Shown here one piece after another: positions 18,123 to 26,106 of a DNA stretch of 32,000 nucleotides (the stretch's first letter is position 1; each line of letters begins with the position of its first letter). The notes under the pieces were generated by a model. The model searched no databases and was not told the DNA's origin. It saw nothing but the letters and a program-made list of their open reading frames with translations. This DNA is from Nanopusillaceae archaeon. Its GTDB lineage: Archaea > Nanobdellota > Nanobdellia > Nanobdellales > Nanobdellaceae. The DNA lies in contig JBMFJD010000006.1 of the NCBI GenBank assembly GCA_049974095.1, positions 27,895-59,894 on the forward strand, in the 5' to 3' direction. A program made the translations under genes and the position numbers.

Positions 18123-18833
18123 ATGAATTTAAAATATTTTTTAATAATCCTATCTTTTATATTTATACTAATTAATATATTTTTAGCTGTACTAATATAT
18201 AATTTTATAATTGTATCACCTTCATTTAGTATCTCTTTATCATCTAACTATACATTTCCATATGTAGATACAAAAAATTCATTAATACTACCAGGATCGA
18301 TGGTTGTTTTAGCTACTTCTAATACTCCTGGATTTTCAATTAATTTAGATAGACCTACATTTTTATGGTCTGCTGGAATAGGATACCTGTTATTGTCTTT
18401 ATCAATATTTTTTATAATATTGGGAATAGCATTAATCATAACATATGAAGAAAATAATATTGTTTATGGACTACTATTGATTTTGCTATCACCAATTATT
18501 TTTGCATTATCCATTGTATTTAACTCACTGTCATACCCTGGTGATATCTTATGTTATAAAAAGCAAATACATAATCATTACTCATATATATGCCATAAAT
18601 ATATCTATGGTAATAGTACAAATGTAGTTCTATTGAGAGTATACGATAATTCAACGGAAGTTATACCAATACAAGAGGTAACAGGAAAGATTGTTTATAA
18701 TATTCCACCACCAGTCGGTACATTATTGTTTATATATAAGTCCAGTTTAGATTTTATATCAACTTTATATGATATTATAACAAAAGGTAATATACCTCTA
18801 GGGTATAAGGTAGAATATATTAAAGTAGAATAG
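18123..18833 (+). CDS. Membrane protein (about 4 TM) with a C-terminal soluble domain
   Basis: 236 aa. TM segments YFLIILSFIFILINIFLAVLIYNFIIV, GYLLLSLSIFFIILGIALIITY and LLLILLSPIIFALSIVF. Confidence 0.6.
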   Translation: MNLKYFLIILSFIFILINIFLAVLIYNFIIVSPSFSISLSSNYTFPYVDTKNSLILPGSMVVLATSNTPGFSINLDRPTFLWSAGIGYLLLSLSIFFIILGIALIITYEENNIVYGLLLILLSPIIFALSIVFNSLSYPGDILCYKKQIHNHYSYICHKYIYGNSTNVVLLRVYDNSTEVIPIQEVTGKIVYNIPPPVGTLLFIYKSSLDFISTLYDIITKGNIPLGYKVEYIKVE

Positions 18834-18869
18834 AAAAAACTTTATATTTGTTGAATACATATTTATAGT

Positions 18870-19196
18870 ATGGCGTTATACCATGACAAAATCGTAATGG
18901 GGTGTACAAAAAAAGAGGGAAAACTAGTTTGCTATGCATACGATCTAAGTACGTTACCGTTAGGCGCTGAAGATCCTTCAATGGCTAGAAGAAAATGTGA
19001 AATAACATTTGAGGGTGTTGAACCACAATTTACTTTCAGTGGAGATGGAGGAATGAAATTATGTAATGATTTGCTAGAAAACTTAGGAGAAATAATAAAG
19101 AAATCATCCAATCTCGGTATACCTACGGCACAACTATATAAAATAGCATCTAAGTTAAGTCAATCACAGAATATTAGTGAACAAGGCCAGTCTTAA
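18870..19196 (+). CDS. Hypothetical soluble protein
   Basis: 108-aa ORF with an A/T-rich box upstream (TTTATATTTG...ATATTTATAG). No recognisable motif. Confidence 0.55.
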   Translation: MALYHDKIVMGCTKKEGKLVCYAYDLSTLPLGAEDPSMARRKCEITFEGVEPQFTFSGDGGMKLCNDLLENLGEIIKKSSNLGIPTAQLYKIASKLSQSQNISEQGQS

Positions 19197-19198
19197 TA

Positions 19199-19471
19199 AT
19201 GTTAGCTAATATTTTTATTTTTCAATTATCAGTTATTGCAGATATCATATTATTCGGATTTGGCATATATATGTCATATAGGAATAGAATAACAGAGATA
19301 CCAGATGTTTTACATGCTGTAATGATTGGAATATACTCTTCAGCATTTTTATCATTTATGTTATTTCAAGTTAATCCATTATTTATTATAGGTACTGGTT
19401 TTGATTGGTTTATTTCGTATGTAAGTGGATGGTTAATTGGATTATCAATTAACAAACTTATCTCATCTTAG
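19199..19471 (+). CDS. Small membrane protein (3 TM)
   Basis: 90 aa, starting 2 nt after the previous stop. Hydrophobic helices throughout. Its 3' end overlaps the convergent MCM gene by 14 nt. Confidence 0.5.
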   Translation: MLANIFIFQLSVIADIILFGFGIYMSYRNRITEIPDVLHAVMIGIYSSAFLSFMLFQVNPLFIIGTGFDWFISYVSGWLIGLSINKLISS

Positions 19472-20615
19472 TTATATCTGCTATTTTATCATATACTTCG
19501 TAGACTATTTTATCTGTGATATGTGTCTTATTTATTTTTGCATATGCGTATGCAAATCTTAACCATTTTATAGAGCCTCTAACACTGTTTTCCTTTGATT
19601 CTTCTATGATATCACCAATGGCATTTTTTACACCATTAATATCTTTGATTCTCGGTATAAATCCTTCTGTAAATTTTATATATGATCTTATTATATCATC
19701 TCCTCTATTATACAATTCATAGTTACTTGAATGTTCTATAACATGACCTACAATATCTTTAATCTCTTTTTTTGTTGGTGTTTTAAACGATGCTACCAAA
19801 TCAAATCTATCTAATAATTCTGGCCTAAATTTAGTCCTGTTAGAGGATATCATAATTCTAACTTTAGCATCATATCCTATATGCATTCTAGCACCTGTAA
19901 GTATTACTCTACCTTCTTCCATAGCAGATAATAAAGGATCAAGATCTCTATTATTTATTTTATCTGCTTCATCTATACATAATATTTTACCATTAGCAGC
20001 CATTAGTGGTGGAGGTGAAGCTTCAAAAGCCTCTGGGTTTAATGATCCAGATAAGCCAGCAGATGTAGTTCTTAAAGATAAATATATGCCCTCTGATACA
20101 TTAGCTTGCCATTGTAATAATAATGTTTTACCAGTACCAGGATCACCTAACAGAGCAATGTGTATTCTTGATCTAAATCCAGGATCTCCATCAGAAAATA
20201 ACTGCAATAGCATTATTTTTTTTACTAATGGTATGATACCAGAATCTTTAACATATGGTGCTACATATTGTAATAAATCATCAAAAGGATTTTTTAATGT
20301 TATTTTACTATTATTGATTTCAAGATCTTTGTATCTTTTGTATTCGTTAATCATATCTAATAATTTATTTATTGATACTATCTCTATAATTCTTGGATAA
20401 TATGGATTTCTTCTAGCAATTTGGTTATCAAATAAAAATCTTATAGTATTCTGACTTACTAATCCCATTAGATCATCTTCAAATACTATAATATCAGAAT
20501 ATATAGGTATACCTATTAATTTTGCTTTGTCATGGTAGTACGGTAAGGCATACTCTAAAAATTCGAACAAATTTTTAAGATCTTTGATAATGTCCTTAGC
20601 AATATTGTGACCCAT
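19458..20615 (-). CDS. mcm: MCM-family AAA+ helicase, short form (mini-MCM: about 150-aa N-terminal region + AAA+ core + lid)
   Basis: Walker A LLGDPGTGKT (nt 20126-20152, read on minus). Walker B ILCIDEADK (19959-19979), compared with MCM CIDEFDK. SAMEEGRVILTGA compared with MCM EAMEQQTISIAKAG. Sensor-1 IMISSNR. Arginine finger LLDRFDL compared with MCM SRFDL. Sensor-2-like SVRGSIKWLRFAYAYAKI. Confidence 0.85.
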   Translation of the reverse strand: MGHNIAKDIIKDLKNLFEFLEYALPYYHDKAKLIGIPIYSDIIVFEDDLMGLVSQNTIRFLFDNQIARRNPYYPRIIEIVSINKLLDMINEYKRYKDLEINNSKITLKNPFDDLLQYVAPYVKDSGIIPLVKKIMLLQLFSDGDPGFRSRIHIALLGDPGTGKTLLLQWQANVSEGIYLSLRTTSAGLSGSLNPEAFEASPPPLMAANGKILCIDEADKINNRDLDPLLSAMEEGRVILTGARMHIGYDAKVRIMISSNRTKFRPELLDRFDLVASFKTPTKKEIKDIVGHVIEHSSNYELYNRGDDIIRSYIKFTEGFIPRIKDINGVKNAIGDIIEESKENSVRGSIKWLRFAYAYAKINKTHITDKIVYEVYDKIADITKMR

Positions 20616-20652
20616 AAATAAATATTAAAAATGTTTATAATAAAAATAGTTT

Positions 20653-20943
20653 ATGGGTAAACACATGTCAATACGTGCATATGTACTACTGGCATTAGTA
20701 TTGTTACTAACGATATCAGTGATTATGGTACTGGTCTTTTCATTATATAATAAACCTAATAGCACAAAGAATGTATCAACGATACAATTCGGGCAAAATA
20801 CACTGTACATATATAATATAAATGGAAATATATATGTATGTACACAAAATATATCGGGCGAGACATGTTTGGTGGCTCATAACTCATTAATATGTCCGGA
20901 AACTACATGCCTGCAAATATATAATATAGTAAATATATCATGA
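20653..20943 (+). CDS. Small secreted or anchored Cys-containing protein
   Basis: 96 aa. N-terminal TM segment AYVLLALVLLLTISVIMVLVFSL, sequons, 4 Cys. ATGA overlap with the next gene. Confidence 0.5.
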   Translation: MGKHMSIRAYVLLALVLLLTISVIMVLVFSLYNKPNSTKNVSTIQFGQNTLYIYNINGNIYVCTQNISGETCLVAHNSLICPETTCLQIYNIVNIS

Positions 20944-21461
20944 AGTCAACATTCAAATACGCTAAGATGGTAATAGACATATTACAAGTAATATACAATA
21001 ACCCTGGCATATCTATCTCAGAGTTAAGAAAAATTTTTAATTTACCATCATCTACAATGTCTATAATTATAAAAGAATTGAAAGATTCTGGTATAGTATT
21101 TACCTTAGAAGATAAGAAGAAAATTATTGTAAATAGAAGAAATGGTGATAGTTATGAAAGAGTAGTAAAAATAAAGAAGGTATTTCCTTTAGGTGTATCA
21201 TGTAACTCATTTGGTACTGTAATAATACCACATATAGTTAATTCAAATTCAAATTCTGGCTCGTATAATATTGGTTTAAAAGTTTTTAGTTGTCCGTTTG
21301 TTAAAGAATGTCCTTATGTAAATCAAAAAACATTAATACCAGGATATTGTAAATTATATGATCATCTATCCGATGAAGAGAAGAAAGCAATAATCAGTAT
21401 AATGGATAAAATCAATAGTCTGATAGAACTGGCTAAATATAGTACATCTCAAAAAAATTGA
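20940..21461 (+). CDS. wHTH transcription regulator with a C-terminal Cys cluster
   Basis: 173 aa. ILQVIYNNPGISISELRKIFNLPSSTMSIIIKELKDSGIVFTLED is an ArsR/MarR-like wHTH. Downstream lies CNSF...SCPFVKECPYVNQKTLIPGYC. Confidence 0.6.
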   Translation: MKSTFKYAKMVIDILQVIYNNPGISISELRKIFNLPSSTMSIIIKELKDSGIVFTLEDKKKIIVNRRNGDSYERVVKIKKVFPLGVSCNSFGTVIIPHIVNSNSNSGSYNIGLKVFSCPFVKECPYVNQKTLIPGYCKLYDHLSDEEKKAIISIMDKINSLIELAKYSTSQKN

Positions 21462-21499
21462 AGCTAATGTATAAATATATTTAAAACTAATATATAATA

Positions 21500-22051
21500 A
21501 TGGATAGAAGTACAGCACTGTTATTATTAGTACTAGGTATGGGATTTATGTTATTTCTATCCATAAAAGGAAGTACACTATTCTATATTAATACAGAACA
21601 GGATATTGTTATAAATAACGCGAATATGCAAAATATTAATACAGGATCAATTGTTACTACAGGTTCTAAAAATGTAGCTGCAGTTATTTTGTATTATGAT
21701 TACCAAACCAATGAAGCTTTATACCTAAAAAATATATTACGTCAAATAGGTTATGTAACTAATACAATTAGCGCAAATACACAGTTAGGTCAATCATTAC
21801 TAAGAGAGTATTCATCAGAAAATCATGGATATACGACACTACCATTAGTCAAAATAGGACATTATTATTTCTGCGTATCTATGACATATTTACCATATGA
21901 TGAATGTCCTGGAACAATAGAAAACGTATCTGTAGGAGGTATATATGTACCACTCTGTGTATATAATGGAGTATACCTATTAACAATGTCTACAGCAAGA
22001 GAACTGTACAAGGCTTGCATAACAACATCAGATCCTTCATGCTATGGTTAG
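21500..22051 (+). CDS. Secreted or anchored protein
   Basis: 183 aa with signal/anchor ALLLLVLGMGFMLFLSI. Several Cys near the C-terminus. 8-nt overlap with the next gene. Confidence 0.6.
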   Translation: MDRSTALLLLVLGMGFMLFLSIKGSTLFYINTEQDIVINNANMQNINTGSIVTTGSKNVAAVILYYDYQTNEALYLKNILRQIGYVTNTISANTQLGQSLLREYSSENHGYTTLPLVKIGHYYFCVSMTYLPYDECPGTIENVSVGGIYVPLCVYNGVYLLTMSTARELYKACITTSDPSCYG

Positions 22052-24770
22052 ATTTATATTCAAAAAATTAGTACAATTGTTTTTACTGATATTCCTATCT
22101 ATCTTAGTATCTCATAATGTATATTCTATACAAGTTACTACATCTTATAGCTTTGATATAACTGTATCAAACAATAAGCTAATTATTAATTATACTTATC
22201 AAGGATATAATTATCTATGTACACCAATTTCTATGTTTGGTTGTGGTCAGGGACTATTCTTTAGAGTATTTATATATGATCCACAAGGAACTCAAATACA
22301 AGCATTTAGAACAGGAAAGGATGCATGTATAACAGACCTTTCATCAACACAATGTGATATACCATACAACTTTGACAATAAACCGATATCAGGATCAACA
22401 TCTGTATCATTAAATTTACAGCCAGGTACATACAATATTAAAGTAGAATATGTAGTAGATTTGGCTTGGGCTCCAGATCAAACATTAGCGTCAAAGTCTA
22501 TAACATATATATTACAACCACAACAAATATCACAACCTCAACAGAATCAAACATTATATTCATCACCCTCTTTATCGATAACATCATTAGGACCTCTTAT
22601 ATTACCACAAAGTATTGTTGCAGGTCAAACTACAAATATAACAATACCATTACAAATGAAATCAAATTATAATACCGGTATAGTGTTATGGGTATATATT
22701 AAAGATAGCAATGGCCAGCAAGTATTATCAACGATAGTAACTCCAAATGGTTATATTGGAGGACCTACTACGGTATTTGGAAGTTATTACGTATCTGGAA
22801 TACCAGGATATTATACTTTAGCAGCAAATGTGCCAGTATCGCTTAATGTTACTGTATCATTTACACCACCTTCGGAAGGATCATATTATGTATATGTATG
22901 GCCTATGGTACCTACAACGAATGCTGGTATAGTAGGAGTAATATTAGTTCCAGCTACTACAATACCAGTGATGGTTGGATCATTTAATGTAACCTCTAAA
23001 ATCCAACCACAACAGTATGCTATTACAGTATCATCAGGAGATGTGATAATTAGTTTAGGAAATATTACAATATCACCAAATCCTGGATCGGTAGGTCAGG
23101 AGATGCAAATAACATTCCCTGTTTATGTTAAGGTATTATCTGGTGGAGCATATGGACCTACATTATATGTATATATTGAAGATGTTAAAGGACAAGTTGT
23201 TGCATTTTATAGACTAGGATCTCAAGGTTATACAACAGATTCTAATGTAAATTATTATTTCCCAAATACACCACAAGGTGTTTATCAATTCTACAATATA
23301 ACAGTGTCATTCGTTCCAAAACAGCCAGGAACATTCTTTATATATGTACTTCCGAGATATAATGTACAATACTGGACAGATTATGATTTAGGCCCAAAGA
23401 CATTAGTAGCAACATTTACAGTCAATCAAAGTCAGACATCATCTGGAATATGTACTACAGGTCAACCAGTACTAGTAAAAACAGCATGGCTACAGAATGG
23501 TGTAGTAGTAACTTCTGCAGCTGTTGGTCAAGGCGTAGTAGCATATGCAGAATTTACTAATCCTTCAACATGTACCTATGTGGGTTCTATAGTAATAACA
23601 GTATATACAACAGGATTATTCGGATCACAACAACAATATGCTACGTATACGACATCTATTAATCTACCACCAGGACAATCTGTAAACGTTACATATCAAA
23701 TAACATTCCCAACCGCAGGAACATATTACTTTGGAGTAACATATCAAATACCAACATATTCATATAAATATAAACCACAGGATGTACAGACTATTGCTGG
23801 ATATCCAGCACAGAATGAAGCAGGTCCAACGATACAAATAAAAGCACAACCATCGATTACATATAGTGTATCAACATTCTATTTCGTACAGAACGGAAGG
23901 CAAACAACTCAATTAGTGGAAGGATCTCCAGTACAGGCATGTGTTGTATTAACCGCTAATGAGCCATCGCAAGCACAAGTAACATTGAATGTATTTTCTC
24001 ATAATACTTTAGGATTAGAAATTGGTGGTGGATTATGGAATAATCTATGGGCAGTCCAACAAGGAACCTATACAATAACGCCAAATGGTACTACAGTATG
24101 TGCTACATTTACACCAAGACAATCATCTTGGCTACATCAAGATTGTTGGTACTTAGTGGTATATGTAAATGGACAAAGGTTAGGAAAATTCCCAGAATCT
24201 GAGAGTGGAGCATGTGTTATAACTAAGAAGCAATATGTGGAACAAAATGTACAAATATTAAGTTCAGGATGGTATACTCAAGGAGGAGTTCAAGTGACAA
24301 AAGGATCATGGATAACTGGTATCTATTATGTAAATGTCACATTTGCAAATGCTGGAGAAGTTGATGTATCAGTACCAGTTGAAATAACTATAAATACACC
24401 AGGAGGATTCTTCGGATTAATACCACCATCAACAGTAAGGAAATGTTCAGAGGTACTAAGTTTAAAACCAAACTCAACAGCTACAATGTCTTGTAGTGCT
24501 AATTTACCAGATGGAAAATATTATTATGAAATAATAGTAAATGGAAAAACTGCACAAACAGGACCAACAATAACAATAGGATTCATAGAACATGTTAAAG
24601 AATTCTTTACAAATCTATTAACAATAATAGGAATAACAGGAGTAGTTTTGATAATACTGTTTATATTCTTTGGACCATATATAATAAAAGGACTTACATT
24701 TATGTTCATTGCTCTGAAAGATTCGGTAGAGCAATTAATTGAAATAATAAAAAGGATAAGAAGAAGATAA
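22044..24770 (+). CDS. Large secreted protein of tandem CARDB-like Ig domains with C-terminal TM helices + RIRRR
   Basis: 908 aa with signal FLLIFLSILVSHNVYS. Internal repeats: LWVYIKDSNGQQV...VTVSFTPPSEGSYYVYVWP versus LYVYIEDVKGQVV...ITVSFVPKQPGTFFIYVLP, plus more divergent copies. The C-terminus is LLTIIGITGVVLIILFIFFGPYII...IKRIRRR. Confidence 0.85.
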   Translation: MVRFIFKKLVQLFLLIFLSILVSHNVYSIQVTTSYSFDITVSNNKLIINYTYQGYNYLCTPISMFGCGQGLFFRVFIYDPQGTQIQAFRTGKDACITDLSSTQCDIPYNFDNKPISGSTSVSLNLQPGTYNIKVEYVVDLAWAPDQTLASKSITYILQPQQISQPQQNQTLYSSPSLSITSLGPLILPQSIVAGQTTNITIPLQMKSNYNTGIVLWVYIKDSNGQQVLSTIVTPNGYIGGPTTVFGSYYVSGIPGYYTLAANVPVSLNVTVSFTPPSEGSYYVYVWPMVPTTNAGIVGVILVPATTIPVMVGSFNVTSKIQPQQYAITVSSGDVIISLGNITISPNPGSVGQEMQITFPVYVKVLSGGAYGPTLYVYIEDVKGQVVAFYRLGSQGYTTDSNVNYYFPNTPQGVYQFYNITVSFVPKQPGTFFIYVLPRYNVQYWTDYDLGPKTLVATFTVNQSQTSSGICTTGQPVLVKTAWLQNGVVVTSAAVGQGVVAYAEFTNPSTCTYVGSIVITVYTTGLFGSQQQYATYTTSINLPPGQSVNVTYQITFPTAGTYYFGVTYQIPTYSYKYKPQDVQTIAGYPAQNEAGPTIQIKAQPSITYSVSTFYFVQNGRQTTQLVEGSPVQACVVLTANEPSQAQVTLNVFSHNTLGLEIGGGLWNNLWAVQQGTYTITPNGTTVCATFTPRQSSWLHQDCWYLVVYVNGQRLGKFPESESGACVITKKQYVEQNVQILSSGWYTQGGVQVTKGSWITGIYYVNVTFANAGEVDVSVPVEITINTPGGFFGLIPPSTVRKCSEVLSLKPNSTATMSCSANLPDGKYYYEIIVNGKTAQTGPTITIGFIEHVKEFFTNLLTIIGITGVVLIILFIFFGPYIIKGLTFMFIALKDSVEQLIEIIKRIRRR

Positions 24771-24771
24771 A

Positions 24772-25458
24772 TTAGTATTCTTCAGATAAATCTATATTTT
24801 TTGTGGATACTTCTTTAGATTTGTAAGTTATTATGGGTATATCAAGATCTTCAAATTTTTTTACTAAGTTATCTCTAGATACCTTATAGAATATTATTCT
24901 ATCATCATAGTATGGGTCTCTTAGCAATTTGTATCTCCTAAAATTTTCTTTTATTTTTTTAATATATTCTTCTTTTAATGGAATCACTATCGTCCAGAGC
25001 ATAATCTTATCAACATATGTAAATATTCTATCCATTACTAACTTTACATGATCTGGTGTTATATCATTATTTTTAATATATTCATAGAGTATGTCGTCTA
25101 TAATATCATTAATATTTATCTCTAAGACTCTACCGTGATAGCCTCCTATCTGTTCTTTTTCAAAAAATGATATATCTAACAATTCTGGATTGCCAGTAGA
25201 TAGATATCTATATAGAGCATATCTAAGTCTATATGGATCATCGTTAAGTATTACTCTATAGTAAATGTTTTGTAATGGTGTAAATTTCCCTTTAATCTCA
25301 AGTCTAAAACCAGTACCACTAGCACTCCTATATAGTTTTATGTTTTCTCTACCAAATTCCTTTACAGCATATAACAATGATGCTGATAGTTCTCTATAGT
25401 TATCAATGTCAATGGTAATCCTATTCATGCAGTATTCATCTATATTGTCAATTTCCAT
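24772..25458 (-). CDS. Hypothetical protein with AEP (primase-polymerase)-like motif spacing; candidate replication initiator
   Basis: Taken from M100 of the tracked ORF (MEIDNIDEY...), 228 aa. RITIDIDN (DxD), then 33 aa later SASGTGFRLEI (SGxGx[H->R]), then 21 aa later ILNDDPYRLR. The conserved 22-nt promoter motif sits 11 nt upstream of this ATG. Confidence 0.6.
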   Translation of the reverse strand: MEIDNIDEYCMNRITIDIDNYRELSASLLYAVKEFGRENIKLYRSASGTGFRLEIKGKFTPLQNIYYRVILNDDPYRLRYALYRYLSTGNPELLDISFFEKEQIGGYHGRVLEININDIIDDILYEYIKNNDITPDHVKLVMDRIFTYVDKIMLWTIVIPLKEEYIKKIKENFRRYKLLRDPYYDDRIIFYKVSRDNLVKKFEDLDIPIITYKSKEVSTKNIDLSEEY

Positions 25459-25469
25459 AATTATAAATA

Positions 25470-25491
25470 ATAACAAATATTTATATGTGTT
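25470..25491 (-). promoter_or_regulatory. Copy 1 of the exact 22-nt promoter/operator-like motif
   Basis: ATAACAAATATTTATATGTGTT (minus-strand reading AACACATATAAATATTTGTTAT). Separated by 11 nt from the minus-strand ATG at 25458. Identical to 28278-28299. Confidence 0.6.
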
Positions 25492-25594
25492 AATTCGATT
25501 TATTGGGCAATAATTAATATAAAATACGTATCTATTGAATAATTCAAAAAACATAAAGTATATGCTTTTATATAACCTCATATATCTATTATAT

Positions 25595-25807
25595 ATGGTA
25601 AAGACAACTGTACAAGAAGCCAAAGCAAAATACGCCCAAAATATAAAGACAGCAGGGGACAAATATGAATCAGGAATGAGAGCTTTCTTAGGCATGGACG
25701 TATCTGGATCCCTACCAGTAAGGAGATATAAAGAGGCAGTACAAGCACCTGACATTGCAGATAGATGGGAAAGAGGATTAAAAGCGGCTTTCTCAGTTAA
25801 ATACTAG
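25595..25807 (+). CDS. Small helical protein, FLG-motif paralog family
   Basis: I chose the start at MVKTTVQEAKAKY (M21 of the tracked TTG-started ORF) because the paralogs begin MVK/MVT. MRAFLGMDVSGSLPVRRYKEAVQAPDIADRWERGLKAAF aligns with ORF 26107. Confidence 0.6.
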   Translation: MVKTTVQEAKAKYAQNIKTAGDKYESGMRAFLGMDVSGSLPVRRYKEAVQAPDIADRWERGLKAAFSVKY

Positions 25808-25813
25808 TTATTA

Positions 25814-25820
25814 TTTTTTT
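25814..25820 (+). terminator. T7 tract terminator candidate
   Basis: TTTTTTT lies 7 nt after the stop at 25807. Confidence 0.3.
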
Positions 25821-25832
25821 AAGCTATATTTT

Positions 25833-26054
25833 ATGGTCAAATCTATAAAGGATGCAATACTGAATTATTATAGATCAGTAACAGATCCCAAGACACCTAA
25901 AAGATATATTGAAGGGGTTGCTAAATTTTTAGGTACAACTCCAGATAAAGTAGCTAATTCTAGAGCTGTAAGGAATTATATACTATTTACCTATAAGGCT
26001 CGTGTAGATGGACAGAGATATATAGAAAAATTAAAAGAAGCTTTTAAGGAATAG
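25833..26054 (+). CDS. Small helical protein, FLG-motif paralog family
   Basis: 73 aa. YIEGVAKFLGTTPDKVANSRAVRNY...YIEKLKEAF. Confidence 0.65.
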   Translation: MVKSIKDAILNYYRSVTDPKTPKRYIEGVAKFLGTTPDKVANSRAVRNYILFTYKARVDGQRYIEKLKEAFKE

Positions 26055-26106
26055 TTCTGATTATTTGAACAAAACACTTTTAATATTGTATTATTAAATA
26101 TTAAAT

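Noticed and set aside
3686-18439. Short internal or antisense ORFs in the track (3686-3871, 4841-5044, 7647-7940, 8447-8779, 9577-9822, 10119-10301, 11919-12101, 13914-14102, 15840-16091, 16357-16551, 16671-16874, 16944-17138, 17656-18033, 18248-18439; also 22466-22672, 24524-24709, 25991-26332, 27589-27816, 30212-30394, 31115-31297)
   Set aside because: Each is nested in or antisense to a much longer ORF with coherent signal-peptide, TM or domain features. None has independent start context or motifs.
19516-20400. Plus-strand ORFs 19516-19722 and 20086-20400
   Set aside because: They are antisense to the MCM-like gene, whose motifs unambiguously define the real frame.
21500-22051. Glutaredoxin-like pattern (VILYY...ALYLKNILRQIGY...TLPLVKIGHYYF) in the 183-aa secreted protein
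   Set aside because: There is no CxxC or any Cys at the expected position, and the resemblance rests on a few hydrophobic residues. It is too weak to report as a feature.
25459-25755. 99-codon N-terminal extension of the minus-strand ORF 24772-25755
   Set aside because: It runs through the conserved 22-nt promoter motif and is antisense to the FLG-family gene 25595-25807. The Met at 25458 has the same promoter spacing as the gene at 28266.
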